Shown here one piece after another: positions 25,011 to 36,100 of a stretch of DNA of 64,000 bases. The translations under genes were made by a program, and so were the position numbers. Source of the stretch: Leucoraja erinacea (taxonomy: Eukaryota); NCBI RefSeq assembly GCF_028641065.1, contig NC_073404.1:5084001-5148000 (forward strand). The letters run 5' to 3'. Under the pieces are notes generated by a model. It was given only the letters and a program-made list of their open reading frames with translations. It ran no database searches and had not been told where the DNA came from. Position 1 is the stretch's first letter. Every line of letters begins with the position of its first letter.

Positions 25011-25714
25011 GCTAGCGCGGACCAGGTCCGTGGAGGGGACCGCGGACAGAATATCTTGGCGGCTGCACACGCATGTGCGCACTCACACACATGCGCAACC
25101 CAGTGCTAAATGCAGCTGAACTGCCTGTCTCGCCTACAGCCCTGTCTCAATCCACACAGGGCTGTTGGTTAACCTGGCGGGACAGGAAGTGCGAGAGCTG
25201 GGTTTAACACTGCTTCTCTGTGCAGGCTGGGGGCGCCGCGCTCGTCTGACTCCCGACGCCTCTGGCCACCCCCGGGGGTGGGGGCTCTCGGGTGGGGACG
25301 GGGATGGTCCAGCGGCGGTTCGGCAACGATTGCAGCACCGGAGAGCGGGATCGATCCTGGCTGCGGTGCAGGTCTGCCGATGGTGTTTTGGCTCATCTCC
25401 CTCCTCCAATCACCGCGCTCTATCCTCAGCCTCCCCCCTCCCATCTACTCTACTTCCACCTCTGACCGAGACCTCCCCTCCTCTAATGGTCTGTTTTGGA
25501 AGCGCCGTTGGCGGAGTGGCAGCAGTTTATTGTGTCAATCTTCTGTATAAACCAAGTTGCCAAGCCGGGCAAAATGACTCGCCGTTTAGGTTGCCCGGCG
25601 GCACTTTGGAGAGTGGTCTGTGGCACCCGGGCAACCGTTAATTTCGAGCCCTGTGACAATTAACTCATCCAATATACAGAGGTTGCAATTAAACTATTTC
25701 CTTGTATATAGACC

Positions 25715-26112
25715 ATAGAACAGAACAGCACAAGAATAGGCCTTTTGGCTTGTAATGTCTGTGCCAAACATGATGTCAAGATCAACTCTTACCTGCACAT
25801 AATCCAGACCTCTCCATTCCTTCCACATCTACGTGCCTATCCAAAGTATTTTAAATGCCACTATCGCATCTGCCTCAACCATCACCCAGGGCAGCAAGTT
25901 CCAGGGACTCACCACCCTTGTGTAAAAATCTTGCTCCACACACCTTCTAGTATTTGATATTTCCATCCTGGGAAATAGATTCTGACCGCTTGCCCTCTCT
26001 CTTCGTCTCATCATTTTATACTTCCATCAGGTCGCCCCTCAACTGCAGCGTTCCAGATAAAACAATCCAATTCTGTCTAACCTCTCGCTGTAGCTAATAC
26101 CCTCTAATCCAA
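25715..26112 (-). mobile_element. CR1 3' end
   Basis: Translates as FYTRVVSPWNLLPWVMVEAD, with the reverse tail catagaacagaacagcac. Confidence 0.75.
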
Positions 26113-26579
26113 GTATGTAAAAAAGCACACAAAAAACATTACAACTGAACTGAATTACAGCAGACTAACACGTTCAATAAACTACACGGATGTAATGCAT
26201 CTCAACAAAGATTTTAATTTTATGACTGGCATTTGCTTCCAGCAACTTTAGCATAAAATGCCAAGTAAAATAAAAAAATTGAGTGACTACAAAAACTCCC
26301 ATCCCCAAAGCACAGCAATCTACCAGAAGGTCAACTAGTTCATTAAAACTTCAAATACTGTTTTAAATGAAATGGATCTCTTATTAAAAAAGATTTATTG
26401 CCACAGTTCCTCGATACTGTTGCTTGAGAAAATGCAAGCACAAATTGGTATGGTCCAAAATTGACAAAGAACCAGAATTTGGAAAAGGTTGATTGCTGCG
26501 ACTTGAACTGACAATTTTTCACATTCTTACGAAAAATGCAATGTTGAAGATGCATCTCCGCATTAGAGGTTGTGGTTTG

Positions 26580-27318
26580 TAAGGCACTGTCTAATGAGTC
26601 TGCAGCCAAAAAATGCTGTCGTGCATCCTGTAGATGGTATAATCTCTGCTACTGTGTTTCAGTGATGGAATGGTTATGGATGGGAAGCCTGTCAAATGGA
26701 CTATGCCCTGTATGTTGTTAAGCTTCTTAAGCATGATTGACGTATTACTCATCCAGGCAAGTAGAGGGGATTCCATCACACTCCGGACATGAACTTTGCA
26801 GATGGTGGGTCTAATGGGGTGAGTTACTCAGTGCAGGATTCCCAGCCACTTTGCATACATGACTATTTCAATTCAGTTTTTACTCAATGGTAATCCCCAA
26901 GATATTGATGGTGGGGAATTCAGTGCTCATGATACAGTTCCATCACCGACTTTTCGGCATCCTTGGTACCCAAGCCTTTCTGGTCTATGAAGGGTTTCGG
27001 CCCGAAACGGTGCCTTTTTCCTTCGCTCCATAAATGCTGCTGCACCCGCTGAGTTTCTCCAGCTTTGTGTACCTTTCTGGTATATATTCATTTTGCTGGA
27101 CCAGAGGTCAATAACTCCAAAACTGTAATGGAACAATCTGCAGAGGCCAGAGAACAGCCGAGATAACAGCCCACAAAGTTGGCCTCGGACGTCGGCTATG
27201 GAAACAGCCCGGCTGCAGGGTGCAAATTCAATATGCCGATTGTCGCTGAAGTCCCGATAAAGTTGATATCTGCCACCTCACCTGGCCTGAAGGTGCAACA
27301 TTTTCAGTGGGATTTCCA

Positions 27319-27363
<45 letters not shown>

Positions 27364-27655
27364 CTTGAAATGCACTCTTGCGATTTTGTCCAGATTAAAA
27401 GATGTGCGGGACCACCAGTTGCCAGAAAATTGGTGGTGGACATAACATTGAATGTCAGGGAATGATAACTGGATTTTCTTGTTGGTGATCTTCAGTTAAT
27501 ATCACTTGTGCAGCACAAATGTGGCTTGTCACCATTCACACCAGACCTGGATATTGTCCAGATCTTGCTGCTTTTGGAGGTGGACTGCTTCATTATCCAA
27601 CGAGTCAAATGGTGCTGAATATTGTTCAAACATAAGCAAACATCCCGATTTCTGA
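26580..27655 (-). mobile_element. Ancient CR1/L2-group RT remnant with nested insertions (26940-27440)
   Basis: MESPLLAWMS...LKKLNNIQG resembles the MEY.PLAW...LD.IQ segment of RT. A related piece lies at ~19420-19500. Confidence 0.5.
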
Positions 27656-29159
27656 CATGCTCTCATCTTCTCCACTAAACATGTTATTTTCACGGCTCTA
27701 CACCGAGTTGAATAATTTCAGATAACCAATGTTGCAGTGTTCAGGCTTCACATTTTCCAATTACAATGAAAGGTTTGCAACCTGCAATGTTAATTTTGCT
27801 TTCTCTCTCCACAGATGCCAGACTTGCTGAGTATTTCAGGCACGGTCTTTTAAATCAAATTTCCAATAACTGTATATGATCTATATCCTATTGTACCCTT
27901 CGCCAACCCTTTTGTTTTCTGCAACTCCACCGAAGTTTAACTCTGTTTATGTCTGACTAACCAACTCATATCTACATCACAAACAATCCCAGCCCAAATC
28001 CCTGCAAAACACCGGTGATCAGGTCTCCAGGCAGAATAACACCTTTCCACCAAACTACTATGTGACAATGGATCCCATGCATCATAATCCTCTGGATCAA
28101 CCTACAGTGAGGGAGTTTGTCAAATGCCTTGCATAAAGACAATGTACTGCATTCACTGCCCTACCTTCATCTTGATTGAATTCTTCATGCAATCAAAACA
28201 GAAAAATGGGCAGTGGTTAAAGTATGAACCAACATTTGGCAGTCGCCACATACAAGAATAGTCACATTCTGTGGGACTGTTATGAAATCACAAGAACAAT
28301 GATAATCACTTGATTGAAGCTAGGAACCTCTAGTATTGATTTATCACAGGGTGAACTAAACCAAAACGATCCAAGGGATAACATCCCAATAAAATTCTCT
28401 GAAATTCAGTAAGTAGGCAGCAAAATACAAAAATTACCTCACTTTACTAAGATGCAAGGTTTGAGAGGCATGCATCATGAAAATAACAACACTGTGGCCA
28501 TTTGCTTATAGTGAGATAACAAGCAATAGGTTCACTCCAAGACATCTCCAATGGCATCTAGGGCCAAAACAATAGGCAAAGAGCTGGCTGGTACCATGGT
28601 AAAAAGAGATAACTGAGAGCCTGGGTCAAGGCAAAAATACCCAAATTATTACATGTGGTCATCAGACCAACACGGAGAACAGGGTCTTTGCATGAATTGT
28701 CAAGTGCAACCAATTCCAGGTTCCCCTGTAACGAACTGGCTCGGCAATTTGAACATCCAGGAATGAAGGAGACGACTGACTGTGGCAGATAATGCCCGGT
28801 CCAGAGGTATTGGCCTCCCTACAATTGATGGGATCTATAGGAAATAATGCCTCAAAAGGGCAGCCAATGTCACCAATATCACCACCCCAGCCACGCTCTC
28901 CTTTTACTTCTACCATCAGAAAGAAGATGGCATGAAAACCCGTGACGAGATTCTTGAACACGACAATAAACTCTAAAACTATAAGCTTCTATGGACTAGG
29001 TTTTGGGGTGCACAATGACTTTGGTTTTTGCACTATTATGATTACCTTGTATGACGGCAATCAGTTGTATTTATGTTTATTTCTTTTCTGTATGTTATTG
29101 CATTTACAGGCATGTTAAGCTACACAAGACCCAAACCTGAAGAGCTAAATCTAACTCTG

Positions 29160-30080
29160 CGGCAGAGAGTTCCACAGATTCACAACTCTCTGGGTGAAAA
29201 GGGTTTCCTTATCTCAGTCCTAAATGGCCTACCCCTTAATCTTAAACCGTGACCCTTGGTTCTGGACTCCCCCAACATTGGGAATTTTTTCCTGCATCTA
29301 GCCTGTCCAATTCTTTAAGAATTGTATATGTTTCTATAAGATGCCCTCTCATCCTAAATTCCAGTGAATACAAGCCAGTCGACCCATTCTGAAATGGTTA
29401 AATGCTTTTAAATATATAAAAGATACATGGTGGAATACTTGACTAGGTTGTAGCATGTATTCCAAGAGAGAGAGAGACAAGCCCAGGCTTGTCTCAGGTG
29501 GTGTATATTGAGACAATGACCTATGCCTTTGAAATGTCTTGTCCTGGAAGTACCTCTTTGCTCCCAAACAGAAATCCTTTTGCAATCAAGGCCAACATGC
29601 CATTAGCTTTCTTCACTGCCTGCTGTACCTGCATGCTTATTTTCAGTGTTTAAGAAGGAACTGCAGATGCTGGAGAATCGAAGGTACACAAAAGCTGGAG
29701 AAACTCAGCGGGTGCAGCAGCATCTATGGAGCGAAGGAAGGGTCTGAAGAAGGGTTTCGGCCCAAAACGTTGCCTATTTCCTTCGCTCCATAGATGCTGC
29801 TGCACCCGCTGAGTTTCTCCAGCTTTTTTGTGTACCTGCTTATTTTCAGTGACTGATGTACAAGCACACCCAGATCTTGTTGCACCTCCCTTTTTCCTAA
29901 TCTGACACCATTCAGATAATAGCCTGCCTTCCTGTTCTTGCCACCAGAGTGGGTAAACTCACATTTATCCACATTATACTGCATCTACCATGTATATGCA
30001 TCTGCCCACTCACCCAACCTATCCAAGTCACCCTGCAGCCTCATAGCACCCTCTTTGCAGCTTACACCGCCACCCACAAA
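29160..30080 (-). mobile_element. CR1 ORF2 fragments
   Basis: Translates as RLQGDLDRLGEWAD.WQMQYNVDKCE...DLGVLVHQSLK. Confidence 0.85.
29649..29836. mobile_element. Penelope-derived foldback insertion with 15-bp TSD
   Basis: The TSD tgcttattttcagtg lies at 29634-29648 and 29837-29851. Inverted arms of ~55 bp surround CTGAAGAagggtttcggccc(a)aaac. Confidence 0.88.
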
Positions 30081-30360
30081 CTTGGAGATGTAAATGCTAC
30101 ACAATAAAGATGAAATAAAGATAGCGGGACAATAGCTCAGCTGCAATGGGTGAAGATGGCCAAAACAAGTTTTTCTTACACTGGGCAGTTGATGTGGTGC
30201 TGTCTCATTGGAAATTAGGAAGGTCATCGACCTTAAAAAGAGGACTGAACCTCTTAACAAACTCTTAAACAGTATGAGAACAATAATTACGAGGAGAATT
30301 ACGAAGAGTGTGGGATTCAAAAAGGAAACCATATATCTGATGGAGACGAATCACCTTGTG

Positions 30361-30490
30361 TTTAAGAAGGAACTGCAGATGCTGGAAAATCAAAGGTAGA
30401 CAAAATTGCTGGAGAAACTCAGTGGGTGCAGCAGCATCTATGGAGCGAAGCAAATAGGCAACGTTTCGGGCCAAAAACCCTTCTTCAGAC
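30361..30490 (-). mobile_element. Penelope-derived hammerhead-bearing fragment
   Basis: tttaagaaggaactgcagatgctgg...gtttcgggccaaaaacccttcttcag, flanked by duplicated accttgtgttt. Confidence 0.8.
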
Positions 30491-30936
30491 CTTGTGTTTT
30501 GGCAGGTACTATATTGTGCAAGATGTGAGTGCTGAACTTTAGCCAAACAAATCATCCACAAAGGAACACATGCTCTCAAATTTCCTAGCCACTTTTATTC
30601 ATCCAGAAAATGTAAGCATTGTAAAGATGAGCATTGGAGCTCTGCAGCCAATGTGGTGAAGAAATGCTCTGTCCTGCTTGGGTAGCACTCTAAGGCTATG
30701 GTTGCCTCCCTGTAGATAGATTGTCATCCTGTTAGATTAAATTAATGTACGAAAATAGCTGAGTGTTGAGCCTTGACCCACAAACCCTCAAGATGAATAC
30801 TGCTCCACTATCTCCAACCTGATATTCCATTATACAAATCATTTTGATAGCATAGGAACAGGTCCTTCAGCCCATGATGTCTATGCCGACCATGTCAAAT
30901 TAAACTGCTCCCAGCGGCGAGCACGGTATCCACATA

Positions 30937-31792
30937 CAGGTACACAACCTTTTATCCGAAAGCCTTGGGACCAGACACTTCTCGGATTTCCGAATTGTTC
31001 GGATTTCAGAATGGAAGATTTTTAGCGTAGATTAGGTAGGTAGCGCGGGCGGCTTGAAAAGTCTGGAGTGGCTGCCTCCTCCCCGGAGACCGGGGAATCA
31101 TTGCTTAAATGTTATTCAGTTAGTTTGGAGGGATTTTATGTGGTTGGGGAGGGGGTGAAGGGGGAAACTTTAATTCTTAGTCCCCAACCTGGTCGGAGAG
31201 GCGTGGAGCGGGCAATGCCTTACCAGGTCGCCATGCAGTAAGCTCTGGAGCGCTGTGGCCGCTGACTCCCAACATCGCAGAGCGGGGGCTGCGGGCGTCC
31301 GGCCGCGGGCGGCGCCGGTTGGAGCTCCGACCCCGGCGAACTCTACACCTAGCTGCGTGGCACTCCAAATCCAGTGCGGCCCGCGGCTGGACGCCCGCAG
31401 CCCCAGCTCCGCGATGTTGGGAGTCGGCGGCCACAGCGCTCCGGAGCTTACTGCATGGCGACCCGGTAAGGCATTGCCCGCTCCCCGCCTCTCCGACCAG
31501 GCAGGGGACTAAGAATTAAAGTTTCCCCCTTCACCCCTCCCCCCCCCCCCCCCCTTCACATAAAAGCCCTCCAAACTAACTGACTAACATTTAAGCAATG
31601 ATTTACAGATGTTTAGGTGTCTCCCCGGAGGGGGAGGAGGCAGCCGCTACAATAGTACAGACCTGGGTTGACCGTGGGTCGTTTTGGGTCAAGTTTGGCG
31701 CCAAACGCGAGCTTTGGTGTGCAGGCGACATCCTGGAAAAAATGTCCGGTTTTCGGAGCTTTTCGGTTTCCGGATAAAAGGTTGTGCACCTG
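30937..31792. mobile_element. Tc1/mariner-pogo-type MITE with long internal palindrome
   Basis: TA TSDs and the TIR caggt(a/g)cacaaccttttatccg. The internal inverted arms are ~31070-31310 and ~31378-31645. Confidence 0.85.
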
Positions 31793-32890
31793 TACCCCTA
31801 TTCCTAACAAATCTAACTAAAAGCCTCTTTGAACACCACTATTTATCTGATTCCACCACCTGAAGAAACTGCAGATTTTGTTCTAACAAACTAATGCAAG
31901 TTACTTTTTGCGAGCACCAAAATAAACAATTAATAAGAATTTTTAAATCTGTAGTGAAGTTTATCTAAAGTATCCTCACATGCCTGAACATTACCAAGCA
32001 AAGACAAAATTCTACAACTTTGTCATTTCCACAAGCCTAGCTTAATATGTCAATGTTATTCTTTAAAGTCACAGGTTTATAAATAAGAGTAAAGAATCGG
32101 CCCTTATGAACTGATGATCATGTTGTCCTCTACCAATTGTTAAATAAGCAGATATAAAATATTTTAAAATATTCTACATATGCTGGATATAATAAATATT
32201 TAGTCAGAGATTATGACTTTATTTTGTTTCCTGTCCAAACTTTTCTTTCATTTTTGTGCAGGATCAACATGCAGCTCTCCTCAATACAACGTCAAGAAGA
32301 TAAATAATCTATTAAAAGACAAAATGCTGGTGCAACTCAGCCGTTCAGGTTGCATCTGTGGAGAACATAGATAGGCGACATTTCAGATCGAGACCCTTCA
32401 TCAGACTTCTTTAGAAATTGCCTGACCAGCATCTGTAGTTCTTTGTGTCTAAAAAAATCTATTACATTGATTTTTTTTAAATGATTTGCTTTTCAAATTC
32501 TCTCAGTTCAAATATTAAAACATTAAGATTTGGGTATAAGAACATTAAGCTTCTCAAATGGATGTGGACAGCTGTGGAATTAAACAATATATTGGAAAAC
32601 CAGTTTATTGCAGACAAACTAGTATATTATAGGTTTCAAATGTAATTTTAATTGCTTCAATGTACAAACATGGAGCAACGGCTCAAGTTTTTGATGGCAG
32701 TTACCTGCCTGAATTCCTACAGCTTTGTCTTTTAATAGATTGTACAATATTATATTAATAGATTGGCATTGTTCACTGAGTAAAATACAATAAAAAATAA
32801 AAAATAAACAAATATACATTAAATACATGGCAGACTGAAGGGCATAAGTTCAATCTCACATGGTAATAAGATTCATCCTGGAGTACTTAC

Positions 32891-32922
32891 AATTCATCTC
32901 TTTGTCTCTGTGACAACACCAT
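32891..32922 (-). CDS. PAFAH1B1: PAFAH1B1/LIS1 first coding segment (exon 2, 32 nt, MVLSQRQRDE-L)
   Basis: The minus strand reads caaa ATG GTG TTG TCA CAG AGA CAA AGA GAT GAA TT|gtaagt. This gives MVLSQRQRDEL, the LIS1 N-terminus. The 32 coding nt and phase-2 donor match the vertebrate exon 2 structure as I recall it. Confidence 0.93.
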
Positions 32923-33009
32923 TTTGATTGTGTGAAATCAAGTCTGATTTGTACAGCAGCTGCTGCCTCCTCCACAGGAGATCCAAATTCCTTGCAAACT
33001 CCTAATTTG

Positions 33010-33099
33010 TTATGAGTACTGCCACACAGTGGCCCTATGCCAATCCAAAACACCTTTGTAGTAGCCAAATCCAAAAATCAATGGGAGGCTTGGTGACAT
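33010..33099 (-). promoter_or_regulatory. uORF of 29 codons (MSPSLPLIFGFGYYKGVLDWHRATVWQYS*) in PAFAH1B1 5'UTR
   Basis: Its ATG immediately follows the TGA of the previous uORF, and it ends with TAA at 33012-33010. Confidence 0.6.
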
Positions 33100-33117
33100 T
33101 CAACAACCGATATTCAT
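33100..33117 (-). promoter_or_regulatory. uORF MNIGC* in PAFAH1B1 5'UTR
   Basis: ATG AAT ATC GGT TGT TGA begins 5 nt into exon 2. Confidence 0.7.
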
Positions 33118-36100
33118 TTCACCTGTAAATTAAAACAGAAAGAAAGTCAAGATACTGACAACATTCATAAATATCAAATATTTAGCAACTAAACTGTATA
33201 AACTTGAAAAGTTTTCCAATTGAGAATGATTGTTGACCAGACATGTTTTGACCTTTTTTGTTTTCAACTTCACCCTTTTGCTGGAATATTTTTAATGTAG
33301 AAATAATTGTACATGTTAATGCACTCCAACTGTTGTTTTTGGGAGCTAGGATAAAAGTGATTAGTTTGCTGAGGAAATATTACCAACTATAATCGTTGAG
33401 ATATGTATAACTTCAGGATCCAATCTAATGACATCTTCAAAACAATACCTATGTATTTAATCAATTTAGAGATACTGCTATAGTAATAATTATTCAATTT
33501 CTGGATGCTTATAATGTGGCTGTAATAGTTAAACCATATCACATTTTTAAGTGCTAAATTTGGCTTTTACTTTTTTCTTTTAATATGTAGGGAGCTTATC
33601 GGGGGTGGGAGAAAGCAGGAAGAGAGGACGGTAAAGACAAAGCATGGCAGGTGATAGGTTGATACAATAAATTGTAAGGCTCTATGGAAGGAATGTAGGC
33701 GAAAGGGAAAGGGGGGGGGGGGGGGAAAAATACATACAGTCCATGAGGGGCAAATAGGAAAGGGAAAAAAATAGAATGTGGAGGGAGGGAAGATCTTTGG
33801 ATGTACCTGAAACTGGAGGTCAATTTTCAGACCGTTGGGTTGAAAGCTATCCTAGCAGAATGTGTTGTGCTTCCAAAATGTAAAAAAAAAATCAAATTGA
33901 AATTGCTCAATAACAGAAAATGGAGAACTTGATAATGCAACTGATTTTCACATGGGAGTTGATAAAATTGGAGTTGGGGGGGGAAAAGAATTGAAGACAT
34001 GCTTTGTTTAGATATCAAGTTTACAGCACCCAAGAATTTTTAACAGGATTTGCACTTAATACTTCATTGGCAGAAATGGGCACACTATGGGAATGTATGC
34101 TGCAAGAAACCAAATATATAATAATTATCATTAAAACCAATTGCTCAATAAATAATTGTATATGCCAAGTGGCAAGGTTGTGAATTCTATCATGTGAAAT
34201 GGCTCAGGTAAACAGTGTACATGCATTTAAGGCTAATATGGGTAAAATGAAAAAGGAAAAAGGATCTACTGACAAAAAATTGATTCGTATGAAATGATTC
34301 TACTGACTTTACGGTCAATTTCTGCACTGTAAATTGCCAAGCGAGTTTTTAGCTACTAATTAGCTTTAAATATTACTTAGCCTTTAAATATTATGAAGTG
34401 TGTGGGGGAGGGGAATGTTAACTGCAAACTGCACAAATTATTCAATGAAGTTGCAACAACTACATCAAATATCTGGTATTCTTCACTGCACACACCAACG
34501 CAAATTTTCAAAATGTTCAGAGCAGCAGCCCACAGCTTAAGAGATCCAGATCAACAATTCAACTACTTTGAAGGGTTACTCAGTGAAAAATTAGAGATTC
34601 ATACTTCCTGAGGTATCGCAGCCATTTTCCTTCCAATTGTGCTCCACCCTATAGTCCTTAGAATCCGACAACAGAGCATTAAGTTGCTTACTGCATGATT
34701 TAGCTGAACCAATCTAACCTACCACTCCATTTAATCAACTACTCCATTCAATGTAAAAGAATGGTTCTGAGGAAGGTGGGAAAGTTTAGACAATTTACGA
34801 TTAAATGTCAACTTTAAAATTTAGAATCACTATTTTTGACATTTTTTAAATATTTCCATTTGTGAACAAAAATATTTGCGATCATTTTACAGTTGGGAGG
34901 CATGGGGAGGGATGATTTTGCCTAATCAGCTGTCAAAGCATTTCAGGGCTAGTACATGTTACGAATATCCGGGAAGTCTCACACTGGATGGTGCCTCAAC
35001 AACCACGAAGGCAAACACAAAGAACTGTAGACGCTGCTTTACAAAAAAAGACAAAGTGCTTGTGTTAACCAGGAAGGAAGCTTCTGGTACAACAATACCA
35101 TCTCAGATATGTTTGGGTAGAGGAATATCAGGTGCAGGTGTCTCAGTGTTTCTTGAAGTGGGTCAAATAACCTGGCTGAATGGGGTCGAAAACCAATTGA
35201 GGTGTTGTTTTACAATTGTGGTGCTGTTTTACAAATTTAACATAAACATCCACCACAGTGGAATCAACCTTTCTCACTGTGATGGAAAGTAATTAAGTTC
35301 AGTCATCTTCCTCCTTTCCAAACACTGTTTAGAGATTAGAAGCAGCATATTTATTGTGCACATTTTTAAACCAGTAACAAAGGTTTATGACGTGGATTGG
35401 GGATAAAAAGCTACATTAAATCTGAAATATTTAAGTTGAAGAAAATGTGTGAACATATGTTTAAATAAAGTGAAATTATTTGCATCCAAAAGCAAATAAA
35501 ACAAAAATATTTATACTATTGAGCATCCCCAATTCCAGAGGAAAATATGACAACATGGAGGAAAGTTAAATATAATGCATTCAAGTTGCATTTATTGACA
35601 TATGCAGAAGCACGGTAAAATACTATGAAAATCTTGGTGCAGCAGAATCATAACATAAATAAAGAAAATATACATAAATGGCACAAATTCTGCCAGACGG
35701 TGAAAAGGTCAGTATAATTAAAACAATGCAAAACACGATTAGAAAATTAGTCTATGGCAACGCAGTGGTTTTCCATGGATGAGGACACTGCATTCTGTGC
35801 TTTTGTGAAGTACTGACAAATCAGTAATATATAATTGCGATTCACTTCGATCTTCTTGCTAAAATGAGGCCTTGCTCCAGAATAAAAAGCACGGTTCTAG
35901 ATACAAAAGTTGACTATGACTTAGTTGAAAGGCTATATGTTGCCTTGCAGTCCAACATATAGTAAAAAATGACAAAAACACACAATAAACATCTACCACA
36001 GTGAGTTCACCAGGCACCTCCTCACTGTGATGGAAGGCAAAAGTCTTATGTCTTTGTCTCTTCCCTTCTTATTCTCCCTCTGCGCCGAGGCGATCCAGGC

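Larger units (their letters stand above)
22588..25653. mobile_element. Composite hAT-like non-autonomous element (~3.07 kb)
   Basis: Ends are cagggctctcgcttaac and gttaatttcgagccctg, with subterminal ccgggcaa motifs and flanks tgacag/tgacaa. Confidence 0.6.
32891..33122 (-). other. PAFAH1B1: PAFAH1B1 exon 2 (200 nt 5'UTR + 32 nt CDS)
   Basis: The acceptor is ctttctttctgttttaatttacag|GTGAAATGAAT and the donor is TT|gtaagt. The exon start resembles the human exon 2 start (GTGGAATGAAT, from memory). Confidence 0.88.

Noticed and set aside
1-32890. PAFAH1B1 exon 3 (NRAIADYLRSNGYEEAY...)
   Set aside because: I found no matching sequence by eye. It probably lies beyond the window start.
32891-32897. 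Alternative start ATG AAT T at the end of exon 2, in frame with the 9321 exon-like fragment
   Set aside because: This ATG is out of frame inside the authentic LIS1 CDS (GAT GAA TT), so the phase match is probably coincidental.
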